From assembly GCA_910592345.1 (NCBI GenBank), contig CAJVPI010000106.1, positions 1-53,530 of the forward strand: a DNA stretch of 53,530 bases. Reading direction: 5' to 3'. Of this stretch, positions 1 to 12,400 are shown in pieces (position 1 is the stretch's first letter; every line of letters begins with the position of its first letter). Made by a program: the position numbers and the translations under genes. The notes beneath the pieces are model-generated. The model had not been told where the DNA came from. It worked only from the letters and a program-made list of their open reading frames with translations, and did no database searches. Source of the stretch: Paraglomus brasilianum. Its lineage: Eukaryota.

Positions 1-4
1 TTTT

Positions 5-168
5 ACAGCCACATCATAATTAGCCTCACATAATAAAATGTTCACTTTGTCTGGTTTTGTTGCAGCATGCCCCATATGGAAGTTTAACACAGAAAGTTAA
101 ATTACTTAGTCAGAGCTTATATGGGGCAAAACCAGACAAAGTGAACATTTGATTATGGTGGCTGAAAG
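5..168. repeat. Nested inverted repeat / MITE-like fold-back (possibly truncated by the window edge)
   Basis: AATGTTCACTTTGTCTGGTTTTG (~37-59) is the reverse complement of CAAAACCAGACAAAGTGAACATT (127-149). GCCCCATAT/ATATGGGGC and CAGCCAC..CATAAT/ATTATG.GTGGCTG also pair. Confidence 0.6.
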
Positions 169-678
169 TTAACTAATTGACAAATAATATTTTGATTATC
201 ACAGCAATAATAATAACTTGTACACAAATTTTATGTAGCAAATTCTATTACTATCTAAAAATTATACATGATTAAAGGGTTATCTCTATATAAAAATATT
301 AATATGAAATTAATTTACATTACATCCACTATTACTATGGAACCCAAAAATTATAGCACTATTAGAAGTATTTTAAAGAAAGAACAAGAAGAAAAAATTT
401 CTCCATATGTTTTAAAATCAATGACACCAAAATTACCTAGTACTAGAACAAGAAAAAAAATCACTTGTGAGATTTATCAAGAAGTAAGAAAAATAATAAA
501 CCATAAACAAACCTTAAACCCAGCTCATTATGAACCAACAAAGAAACAAACCGTAAGGAAAACAACACCAGCAGCCATTTGTTGAATGGACTTATACTTT
601 TCTGTAAGAAAAATAACAATAATTTTTTTTCTTTACAAATTTACTTTTACTATAAAATTTGAAGAATAACATTTAATT

Positions 679-1777
679 ATGAATAGTAGTGATTTCGAAA
701 CATGCGGCATGAGCCGCTGAGACTGAGAACATTTTTTATGTTCTCAATGTGGAGTATTGTCAGAAACGAAATCCATACGTGTAGTTACTGTGCGAATTGT
801 GGAAAAATAGCCGCAAAAGAATTAGAAAAACATTTTACTTGACAGAATAGTGTCCCGGTTTATAATTGTCAGCACAATCCTAATGCACAGCCTGCAATGT
901 GTACAGTAAAAGTCTTAAAAGGTAGAGAAAATCGTTACTTAAAGCCTTAGTCACTGACTTAGGAAACAGTGTTTTTACTTACTCGGAGATTAGACCTAAT
1001 GCTAAGGGACATTGCGTCCTTGTTACCAAGAAGCATAATAAAGATGTTTGGGAAATAAGCCAAAGAGAATGAAACGATATGTTACCCGTTTTAAAAGATA
1101 ACATTGCCAGAATAAATAGAGTTTATGCACCCCTTGGCTTCTGAATCGGCATTCTGGTAGGGAAGTTTGGCCTTCAAAACAAAAATCACTTTTATTGCCG
1201 AATAGTTCTTAAATACCTGGTTAATGAGAGAACTTACTCAACTGCCAAAAGTTACAAAAAAATAAGATTGAAGAACAAAAACAGATAAGCGAAGTTTTGG
1301 AGACCAATTCAGAAGGAATTTATATCGAAACTAACAAAGTTTTTGCTAGACTTTGCAAAAGGCTACACAGTTATTGAAACAAAAAATTGTTTACCAAAAG
1401 ACATAAATGCTATCGATCTCGAAAATTGAGCTCAAATGGGTAAAGTGATGCAAGAGTGCATTAAAAAAAAAACTAAATTGCGACGACTATATGATCTCAA
1501 TGACTATTGAGCTGAGATGTTTGAAATTGAAAAATACGGAGGCGTTTGTTCTCAAAGAGCTGTTAATGAACTCTCAATCGCAATACAGCCTACATTTGAA
1601 CAAGACAGACACCGAAGTCGAGGAGAAGAAGGAAAAAGAGAAATGAGAGGCTCCATGGAAAATGAAAGAATTGCCGAAAAACTAAGAGATCCCGAAGCTT
1701 ATTATCGGAAGTGGGACAAAACTCCAAAGGTTGAATTAGAAAATCGACTTAATAAGATAGAGAAAGACCTTACTTAA
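679..1777 (+). pseudogene. Decayed HIT-family (histidine triad-like, probably tandem-domain) gene using UGA=Trp; probable Mollicutes-related endobacterial origin
   Basis: The frame from ~941 reads ...SEIRPNAKGHCVLVTKKHNKDVWEISQRE(TGA)NDMLPVLKDNIARINRVYAPLGF(TGA)IGILVGKFGLQNKNHFYCRIV. This matches the HIT pattern PxxxGHxLvxxKxH...GfxIg..G...Q...H with an eroded triad. A second similar block AKGYTVIETK...IDLEN(TGA)AQMG...DY(TGA)AEM runs into ORF 1517-1777. No introns; a frameshift and one TAA (1286) are present. Confidence 0.6.
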
Positions 1778-2209
1778 TGATTGATTGTGGAACCTGTTAT
1801 ATTTCCTAATTATTTTAACAATTACGAGTTTCCGCATACGTGTAATGTGTAATCGTCAATAACGTGTAATTTACAGAGCATAACGACGGAAATAAACTAT
1901 TTAAGCACTATAACCATTCTTCCTACAGGTCTACGTAAAAAGTCTATAGAGCAAGTTGGCCATGAAAAAATGCTGGAGTCGGCAAATAAATTCCTACGTA
2001 ATTAAAGTTTGACTTGTGCCTTATTGATGATCATGGCAAATACAAAGGCAAAATTCGAGGAAGAAAAGCACGTGATCCAGAAAAATATTCTACGTTACAC
2101 TGTATGCAATAGCGTCGTGGCAATGTCCGTTTAATCCAATTTTTTTAATATATATATAACAATTAAGATCAAGAAAAAAAAAGAATTAATCGTAACATTT
2201 TTTATTTAT

Positions 2210-3814
2210 TCAATATTGGCTTAGGACAAGTAATGTCTTTGAACTCGTCTCTAAAAATGGGCAAATATTATGATAAAGATATTCTTGTCTTTTGTAATCC
2301 AAAGGAGGAGGGGTTAATACTAGGATGGAAAAGGATTTAATTTCTTTGGTAATTTCAGAAACACTTACTTTTCTGGTCTTCAACAAATTAAATTCAGTAT
2401 AAGCACCATTGGCAACCATCTGGGCTTTGACAATTCCAGGTTGAGCTGCTTCAAATAGAAAATGTTGACATTTTTGTATGCCATTCAATTTTTTAAAGAA
2501 AATCCCGAACACGGAATTAAGATCTAAGTATTGAAAGCCTTTTCCGTTGTCATAACATTGAGCTTTGTTTAATCCCGCTGTACTCGATCTTTTCACAACC
2601 TCAACAATATTTCTTAATCAATCCAAAGCTACCATCATACTTAAATTAGTATGCCCAGGTATCATAGAATTTAATTCGATACTTTCATATAGGTAAATCA
2701 AATTGTAGCATTATTTTTATTCTGTCCTCCCGCACCGCCACAAGTAATCTTTAAATGCTTTTCGCCTTTGTTCAATTTCTTTATTTCATCGAATACCATG
2801 CTCAGCGTACCATTAGGACCTTTGCCAATAATCTCGTTTTCATCGAGAACGTAATTAATTTGTTCACGAACTGCTTCATTTTGGATGCCAAATAAATGCA
2901 CTTTACGCGGACTGAGATAATAAATCTTACTTACTGTTGATCAGAATGGGGAACGTGAATGTTTTGCGCTCAATCGTAACTGTAATGAGCAGTCGCGTCA
3001 ATACTGCAAAAATTGGCTTTACCTCCCATCACAAGATAATTCTCGTCTATTAATTTCCTCTGTTGTTCTGCTAATTTCGTATTTTTGTTATAATAACTCC
3101 TTTCTAATTTAGCCTTAACTAAATGTTTTTTACGTTTTAATAAATTTTTCGCTTCTTCTTCCTTGCGAGCATTATACTGTAAGCCATTCCGAAAGTGTTG
3201 ACAAGTATCGCATAAATCCGTTCTTGGACGAATATAAGCCGTTAGTTGGTGCCATAACTTGCGGAACGCATCATACTTTAACAATTTTAAAGTGCTATCG
3301 TTTTCGAGACCTGCAATAAAATCACGATAGACCGATTTGTAACTCGTTTCAGCTGGCAAAAGTGTAAGCGATTGAGTAATGCGATTGACATTTCTAATTT
3401 CTACCAGGACTTGGTAATCCATATAATTTTCGAAAAATTCTTCACGGCGGTAGCAACGGTTATATCACATCGCGGACTCTTTTTACATTACCATGAACAC
3501 GCGGTGTTATACCATTTGTTGCTAGATGTTTTCGAGTGCGCGCGGCCAATTCCTAACATATTGAGATACGTTTTCTGGCAAAGTGGCGTATTGCGATCTC
3601 AATAATAAAAAGTTCTCTTATTAGTACGCGTTTTCTTTTTAAGACGTCGGCTGGCAGTTATCTCCCCACCATTCATCGCTTTCAGCTGGGCCATTACAAA
3701 TATATCTTGTTCAGATCTAGAGAGGGCTTGAAACGCTTCATGTAACTCGGCAAACTTTTCTTTTGGAATTCTTTTTGAGCAACCACAGTTGCAACCTATC
3801 TCCAAGAAACGCAT
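2210..3814 (-). mobile_element. Degenerate DNA transposase (Sola/CMC-like type, CxxC plus D-x-x-G-Q-N-K-N motifs), pseudogenised
   Basis: Collinear fragments GCNCGC, PLCQKTYL, RPRTDLCDTC, AHYSYD*AQNIHVP, LFGI...KGPNGTLS, ITCGGAGGQNKNN, FxxxQPGIV, interrupted by stops and frameshifts. The superfamily assignment is uncertain and no TIRs were identified. Confidence 0.65.
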
Positions 3815-4499
3815 TGCTTTTCAGAACTGTTATAATTAGAATTTTTCATATACGGGTAATCCTACATATATATTTTATCATTATTGGTGTTTCATTATAT
3901 AGTTGGGCACTAGATTAGTTATAATGATTTCAATAATTGATGCCGAAATTAATACTCAAGATAGAAGTCACAATTAATCAACATTAACATCTTTACTTTT
4001 TATTAAAAACGCGGAATATCATCATATAAGTTTTTATCTACTCGCAATTTAAGTCTAATGCTGGTATTTGCCTACATCAAAAGCACTAATGAAGAATATT
4101 TAGGAGAAATTTCTTTTTTTCAATCATTCAAGCCATGCACCATCATGGTTTTTCTACAAAATTTTCCCATCTTCAGTACCAGCTGGCCAGTTAATATTCT
4201 CACAATGGATAGCAGTCAAGTTGACTGAAAGGGAGAAAGAGGCATCAGATGGAGTTACAACAGTACTAGACTATAGACATGTTATTGACTCTTGATTGAA
4301 GCAGTAATAGTAAAGGAAACTGGTTCTTTATATAACATAAACTTATAGACAAAAAATTCATCTACTTTTGTAAAGAGATTACTGTTTGATATTAATATGA
4401 CTGAAATGATTCAATATCAACATCTGCTTTTTATTTACTACTACTCAATTCTAGACAAAGGCATTACAACATAGAGATTATTTCTGATTCCTGGATCTC

Positions 4500-6400
4500 C
4501 AATTTTAATCTTTTCCAACCAGATCAAATCATGTTCCTTCTTCAAAGCTTATCATCTTATACACCTTCTGGCCAATCCACTTGTATATGATTCATAAATG
4601 GTGGGTAGCAGTCCTCAGTTTCTCTCCCAGTCCAATCAAAATCAATCAACATCACTTGTTGGTTTGACTTTTTAACCATTACATTGTTCATTCCCAGGTC
4701 AGCAAACACAAGATTATGGCTGTGTAAAAACTGAATTGCACTTTCTATCTGATGAAAGACAGATTACTCCCAGCTCTTGCAATGTATCACCTTCTATAAA
4801 CTCCATAACAACCATCTTCCAATCTTTAACATCATCTATAGCAATTAATTCTGGTGCATAACCCTCAGCTGCACAGATAAATTTAACAACAATGGATTGT
4901 GAATATCCTGTATCATATTCTATCAGCCAAATAGATATTTGCTTCACGAAATTCTTTCTTCAATGGCTTGATGTATTCTATATGATGGGAACAACCATTA
5001 ATGGTAATCATCATTTTTTGCAAAAAAGTGTGGGGGCACATCTTGAGATATCACTTGAGTTGAGGCAGCTCTATTATAATATGCTCTCAAATTATCAAAT
5101 TCTCTTTCCAATGCCCACAAGAGTCATGATATTAATCTCTTTGTATTAATGTCCATAGTTGGCATTGGGACAATATATGGTGTCAGTGGATCCATTACTG
5201 GTTTTCCAGGAAAGGGAACCAGAAATCATCATCCATGGTCCAGCAACTGATACACAGGCAAACTCGATAAGTTGGTCTCTTGATGATTCAATTTTGGCCT
5301 AAGAAGGCCAAAACTTCCCAAGCCCTTTTCTCAGTTTTAATATTTAAAACCTCTCGATAAGTCGGTCCATCATGCATGACCGACTTATCGAGTTTGCCTG
5401 TGTATACAGTATATAATAAAACTTGGACAACAACATCTTTCTCACCAGAATTTATCTGGCATATTTGCCCAACCACTATAATTATAATTTTCCATATATG
5501 GGTAATCCTATATTACTCTGTGAAAAGAAAATTTCATTAGAAAAAAATTGGTTTATAATTTCAAAAAAAAGAATTATATTTACCTCACAGCCTGTACATC
5601 TCCCAAATTTTCAAATGCCTTATTATTATCAATAAAGCTCCAGACATGCAATAACAACCACAACTCCAAGTGATTCTTCTTAAGACTGTTTGCTTTATAT
5701 TCCTGAAACCTATAAAATAACCAAGAGTTCAGTTCAGAGAGACACATAGAGAGGCACAGGTATAATCTAACAATGCATACAAATTATAGACTGTGTTTTG
5801 TATCCAGTCATGATCAAAATCTTTCTGCTAATCAAAATTTTGATCCATAGCTTCTTGTCAAAAAACCAATTGCCTAAGTTCAGCAGTCATTTCCTATCCA
5901 AAAATATATAAATCTTAAAGAAGCAAACAAATCATAATAATAAAGGTTAATTATATAATAACAACAACTTACTGGACAGAAACTGTTAAGATATGTCAAA
6001 AGTTTGTTGGACATTGTTGGGAGTGGTTTTGCTTAAAATTTCTGAATCCCAGCAAGTTTACCTTCCATAAAATCACCTTTATTCAAATAGTTTATGGCCA
6101 TTTGACTTTGAAGAGCAATGCAGATTAGAAACGAACTTATCACATCATATGACAAACCAAACGAAAAAACATTACTGGAGAGGGAGAGGCCTCAGTTGAT
6201 GCTTCGGCGTCAAAAGAATCATCTCCACTTTTATAGGATGAAGGGGGAGAACGATCGTGAAGGTTGGGAGGTGTAATAATAGTGTAGTGAAAGCTTCTTC
6301 TGCTGTTCTCTTTTTGGGATTTTCAGGGTCTTCCATGGACAGAAACAAAATTAGAAATCTTTAATCTTGAGCTATGAATCTCGTTAAAGATACTTACAGG
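4500..6400 (-). pseudogene. Fungal atypical protein-kinase-like pseudogene (Crinkler-associated type)
   Basis: Fragments CCPSFII..SVAGPWMMISG, IVVKF..GYAPEL..WKMVVMEFIEG and HNLVFADLGMNNVM..VMLIDFDWTG..YPPFMNH..VDWPEGV*, with stops, frameshifts and a MITE insertion. The 5' boundary is approximate. Confidence 0.65.
5253..5402. mobile_element. ~150-bp MITE (Tc1/mariner-pogo-like, TA-flanked) inserted in the kinase pseudogene
   Basis: TA-CACAGGCAAACTCGATAAGTTGGTC ... GACCGACTTATCGAGTTTGCCTGTG-TA terminal inverted repeats, plus an internal copy of the TIR core at 5353-5367. Confidence 0.7.
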
Positions 6401-9400
6401 ACAGGCTCTTGTTTTTTACCAGAATTACTTTTGCGATCAGATTCTAACGTGCGTTTTGTATTGTTTTTCTTTACTAAATTATACCAAGCCGTCAGAAACA
6501 TACTGATGGATCTTTGTAACTGATTCTATATTGCTCCGTAATTGAGAAACCTGTAGCGTATACATATCAAAATTATCTAGTACAGATAGCGCACTATAAC
6601 TAGAAAATCGTGTATAAAAGAACAAAACGAGTACCTTCATACTGTTACGGCAAGCCGATCTGATGAATCAGATAAGTGAGTCACATGGTAAAATCTTCCT
6701 CGCGGTCAAGCAAAATCCCATGATCGACGACGTTAATTTTAGGATGGGCGTTGCGTTTTAGGCATTTTTGCGTGTCAGCACAAACACAGTTAGCTAAATT
6801 AGAATATGATTGGTTCTTCATAGAAATTACGATTGTTAATTAATTTTAATCCTTTTCGATTTTTGAGTGTCGCTAAAGGTATATAAGCGACCCTTATACC
6901 ATTATCGAATTCTCATGTTATTAATGTTATTAATGTTGTTCATGTTGTTCATGTACATTTGACTCTGATATCTCAACTCTCATGTCAAAAGCTGTGTGAG
7001 ACTCGAGATAAGACATAAAATGAGTCTGCGTTACTACTCAGCCCTGCGCATTCAGAGCATATCACATTACATACAAAATTTTGATGTGTAGAGCACATCT
7101 TGGTTCGTCAATACTGCCAATACTAAGTGTACTAGTACAAACACGTAATTTGACTAATAGTGATTTTTCGATCGGCCAATCAAACGGCAGTATTACGCTT
7201 ACCTCGCATCAATTGCCAAAATTAGTGTAAACTTACAAAGCTTTATTATTATTAGTTAATGCCAAGAAACTGTGAGATCTGGGAGGGTGTGCTAAAGCTG
7301 CAAAAAACAAAGATATTATATCTGTGTTTAATGTTTAAAAATATCAATGGAAGACATGTCAGGTATTTAACACAGAGGGAAAAAATGTAGCAATCCACAG
7401 TAACGGTTTCGCTTGATTCCGACATCATGGTAGCAACGGGTATTAATGATTTTGTTATAGCTTGATTGCCACTTTCTTGTTTATTTGTCATGCTCTGTAC
7501 ACAAGCATGTAAATATCTGACTAAATTTAGTGACGTAAATCAATATTTTAGCAATAGATTTCATCGTTTTTTTACTGATAATAATTTCGCTTATTTTCGG
7601 AGCTATACGGCATTATTACGTCTTCAAGTTTAAATTGAGACTGTTATTGTTATCTAATTATACGATCATGCATAACAAAAGATATTCATTGTTTATTGTT
7701 AATATTAACTTTGTCTGTCACGCGGGATATCCTTCTCATAATTGAAGACTGTAGCACAAGTCTTTGTTCTGGGAAAAAAACATGTGTGAGATGACTAGAG
7801 CTCTCTCTCACAAATAGCATCGGAATGCAGCATGCTGAATTCTGGCTGTTGCAAAATCTCATAATGGCACAGTAGTTAACATACACGCTGTCATGTCTGC
7901 ATTTCTGTGTGCTTCTAATTCCTTGGGGAGAATAGCCTGTTGATGATAGACTTCGAATGGCACATACGTACGTATCTTATAATGAAAAAGAAGCAAAGAA
8001 GTGATAGAAATCACAAGTCACTCTTTCAACAATTGACATATTCGACGTTCATAATAGACGGTGTCGTCAGTAAAGACCCCGATATTCAGGTCCTAAGTAA
8101 ATAATATTATATAAGTTATTAATGGAAATACCAACAACGATAATGATGACAATTATTGCGCCTGTAAATAAACGCAAAACGGTTAGTACAAGAAGGTTTC
8201 ATGGCCTCAAAGCACAACGTATTAATTATTCATTTACTATTATCATATTAATACTGCATGAAAAAAACTTATTTGCAGCAATTAAATGCGCATACCGCGG
8301 ATAAAAAATATCGCACGCTTTTATTTCTAAGATATTGAAAAATGGGTTATTTAAACTTATAAGAAAATTTATTTATTTATTTATTTATTTATTATTTAGA
8401 GTAAATGTCAATATTTGCAATCATGGTTGGGCATAGATAATAACAATTATGTGCAAAAGCACATTCCATTGATTGATTCATAGTAGTAAGCTGTTGGAAC
8501 TGTTGTGCGATGGCATCTTTTATCATTTTGCGATTGCTGGCTAGCCAATTTTTGAGGAGCAAGCTCTTTGGCAAGACTTACTTACGCGCGCAAAGGCAGA
8601 AAATTACTAACTTATTATTATGCTTATTACATCACGCAACATTAAATAACGTAAATATCTCATTTAAGCGACTGATAAAGTGAAAGTTTTAATTGGTTGG
8701 AATAAGGTAGACACGTGGTATTTCTCGTTAATATGCTTATTGGCCAAGTCGTCGCCAATGTAACCAAGTTTGTAGTCACATGCAAGTAATTGCATCTGTA
8801 AAATACATTAGTTTTAATATTTAACCTCCACAGATACTCTATTAAATGGCCAGTCAATAACCATGGGCATATTAAAGAAATTCCCCAGCCACAATGTGAG
8901 CATACTTCAGGTCACCAAACGCACCAGACTCTTCCGCGCGTTGTTGTATTCAGATTATATTTTCGTATGACGTAGTAAGTAGGTATTGTTGCCTACTTTC
9001 TGATAAGAAATCCTAAGGTTCAACAAGAATGCCAAATAAGTTCAACGACATTTAACAAACGTGTTCTAACTCCTTTGTGACATTGTGCAAACCCCAAATA
9101 ACATAAGAAGCTTTAGCTAATCAACCAATAGGTAAAAGCCCCGATATCTCATTGTCACCACCTAACACTAAATTGGAAACATAAAAACAACAGCAGGCCC
9201 CCAACAGATGGGTACATTTGCTTATGGTAACATGTAACGTACTAACACTTACTAAATACCCGCCCCATCCCTCATCACTTTAAAGGGTATATGTTACACA
9301 AATCGATAATGTGAAGGTTCGTTGAGCATCCACACAATTCTAATCATCTTGATTTTTTCCACAATCAACTCTCCCTCCCACCTTTTTCTCACATGCAACC

Positions 9401-9415
9401 TCTCTAGTTTCCCAA

Positions 9416-12400
9416 ATGCGCTCCACAAACGGCTCGCTTTTGACTTCTCCAATAAGTGAACTGAAGGTTGGTTTTTGTTATTGATGGCAATCAGAAAGAG
9501 TTCGAGAGCATAATGCACGTATAAATCGTCTGCATTAAGTTTCTTGCGTGTTTCGTCTTAGAATAACAAGCATACAAAGTAAAACTGTTACCTATAACTC
9601 AGAATTATTGGCTCATAGTTTACTCATTCTTCTATTAAAGGAGCTCCAAGACAATGAAGTCGAGGCGTTAAAAGGCATGAATTCCCCATTGTGCTTTGCA
9701 ACACCCACCTTTGCCATTGATAACAGAATTACTTCAATAAATAAACTTTTGCCCAATTAGCTATATTTATGGACGACTATGAACCTGTTGTTACAAAGAA
9801 TGCGTGGAAGGTGTGAAAATGATGTTGGATTGACTGAATCGCGTAAAGATAGAGAGAAACACCACAATGCTGTCAACATAAAGTGATTTATCATGTCTCT
9901 TGTTTCGAACTACATTTGTTAATATGTTGCTTACCGTGTTCGAAAGTAGGTTACCCCAACGGGACATGAATTTAAGTTACGCTTACAGCCTAACGAAGAC
10001 GACTTGAAGAAGACTGTTAGTGTAGAGCTACATGTCAAGTACGATTACAATCATGATGTTTTATTTAAAGTATTTTCCCAACACTATTCTAAACATTTCA
10101 CATTTCATTGCTTTAGATTTCCCAAGACATACCCACGCGTAGCACCAGACATCAGGCTTCTGAATCCTCGTGGTCTCTCTAATACGCAACGTACTGATCT
10201 CCAAAAGAATTTATCAGTGTTGATAAAGGAAAATCTAGGACAGGAAATGGTGTTTACTATAGCTCAGTTTGTGCAGGAATATATTACTGCAAATAATAAC
10301 GTTGTTAGGGGTGTTGGTGCGATGAGTTTTCATGAACAGATGTTAAGTAGGATCGAACAGACCACAAAGGTAAGAATAGCGAAGATGGTAATAGATAGCG
10401 TGAGGAAATGGTTGGAAGGAACTTGAGTGACAGCGAAAACTTTTTATAATCACTTATGGCTTACTCTTTCCCCTGTTTCCTTAATCCCCGACCAATCTTT
10501 TCATTTCACACCACATTCTCCCCCTTCAAAGGCCGAACAGCAAAAGGCTCTTGAACAGCAAAAACATCTAGAAGAAGTGCAAAACATGGAACAAGAAAAA
10601 CTCATCGCGAAGATAAAAGAAGATAGGGAGCAGAAAGCAAAGGCGAAGGAAGCTAAGCGAAAGTTAAAAATGTTACAGAACCAGCACGATACGGACGGCG
10701 GAGACGAAGTGGAGACGGCTTTTCCTACAGTCTCTTTTGACAGTTTTATACCTTTGGAGATTGACAATCAAGAAGTAAGAACCCGAGAAATGGGCATTTG
10801 GGAATTGAGTTATAAGACGAGATTAGAATGAACGGATGTTATAAGTTTGGGGAACTGTAAATTTATTAATTCTAAACTTGCGTTTTATACCATTTTTCAA
10901 ACCATTTGTAATTGGTTCTGTTATAAATATTTTTTCCTTGTATCAGTCTCCAAAGTTTAAATCTGTAATTCTCGGTCCACTTATAGGCAAAGGTAGTTTT
11001 AGCTTTCATATTACTGCATCGTTATGGCTTATGCTCGATCTATTTTCTTTTCGTATGAAACCAAGGAAAAGCCCTAATCAGATTGTCTGTAATTTTAACA
11101 AAGGACCCATTGGATACACCCACATTGTTCATCCTGCAGACTTGCAGTTAAAAGGGGAATGGAAGGGACCAGTATTTTCCAAATGCTTTGCATTGAAAGA
11201 AGTCGATATTAGTGGATCTCATTATTTGGAATTGGATGGAAAGAAGAAGGTAAATGACAATATTGTTCACTCGGTATAGGACAAGCAGAGGCGGTAGAAA
11301 GGAGTTATGAAAGCGTTTGCAAACAGTATCGCGCATACATAACGGTTCATGTATGCCTACGCGAATTCTCCTATCCAAGCATCTTTTCTCATACTTTATT
11401 CTAAATCATTTTTCGCAAAGCTTGAAGAAATAGAAAAAGAACTGGAGCGCCTTAAATCTCTTCGTCATCCCAATTTGATATCTATCTACGAAGGAAAATT
11501 GGAACGATGTGATTCTGGATGGTATTTACATGTTCTCATGGAACATGCAAGTGGTGGAACATTGCTTGATCTATTGAGAAAGTGCGGTACAATTAGACTG
11601 GAGATGGCGAGAGAATATATGAAGCAGCTGTTGAGTGCACTGGATTATGTACATTCACACAATCTCGTGCATAAAGGTGGGATTACCTAGTAATTAGATT
11701 TTACTGAACTTGGAACAAAGCTAATCTCTAGGTGAATATAATAATCTGGATTCGTTTGTACAGATATCAAAGCCTCCAATACTCTATTTCAAGTTGTTGA
11801 GTCCGATGAATGTAAAGCAAAATTGTCCGACGTCAGTTACCATAGGAAGCTACTTGGTGAGTCTTCAGCCGCTCGTATTCGTGGAGTATGCTGAGTATCC
11901 ATTAAATCGGATTTATTCGTTTTAGATATGCACAAAAGCCATCCTCTTTCAGAATATTCTGCCGAAGAAAGGAGACCTCGATGGTATGTATAGTGCTAAC
12001 AATGGCGGACTTTGACATTTTTATCTAGTTCTTAATATTCAACATTCTTTATCCTTGTAGGAGATCGCCTGAACATGAAACTCGACCGAATTTGTATTCA
12101 AGGTTTGGCTTGGACACATTTACTTGCGTAGACTATTCTATATAGTGTGTTTTGTGTATTGATCGCGTTCACTTAAAGAATCTGTGTTGACTAACTTGTA
12201 GGAAGAATGACATTTGGTACTTGGGAATAATATTTGTGCAGATGCTCTGTGGATGTAAAGTGGTGGATGAGTACGAATCTATTGACGATTTGCTTGAATC
12301 GCGTATGTGAAGATGCATGAGATGATTGTGAAATTATTATATTATTTAAATATTCTTTTTAATTCGTTCTGCAAATTTATTATGTCAGGCGATCATGACC

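Noticed and set aside
268..585. 105-aa Lys/Thr-rich ORF
   Set aside because: No recognisable domain in very AT-rich sequence; not supportable as a gene.
679..1510. Selenocysteine readthrough as the explanation for the in-frame TGAs
   Set aside because: The TGAs fall in Trp-like contexts rather than redox Cys motifs, and no SECIS element was seen.
7686..7886. ORF with internal CAIM resembling a tandem pheromone precursor
   Set aside because: CAIM is not terminal, there is no repeated unit and no similarity to the CTIM pair; likely chance.
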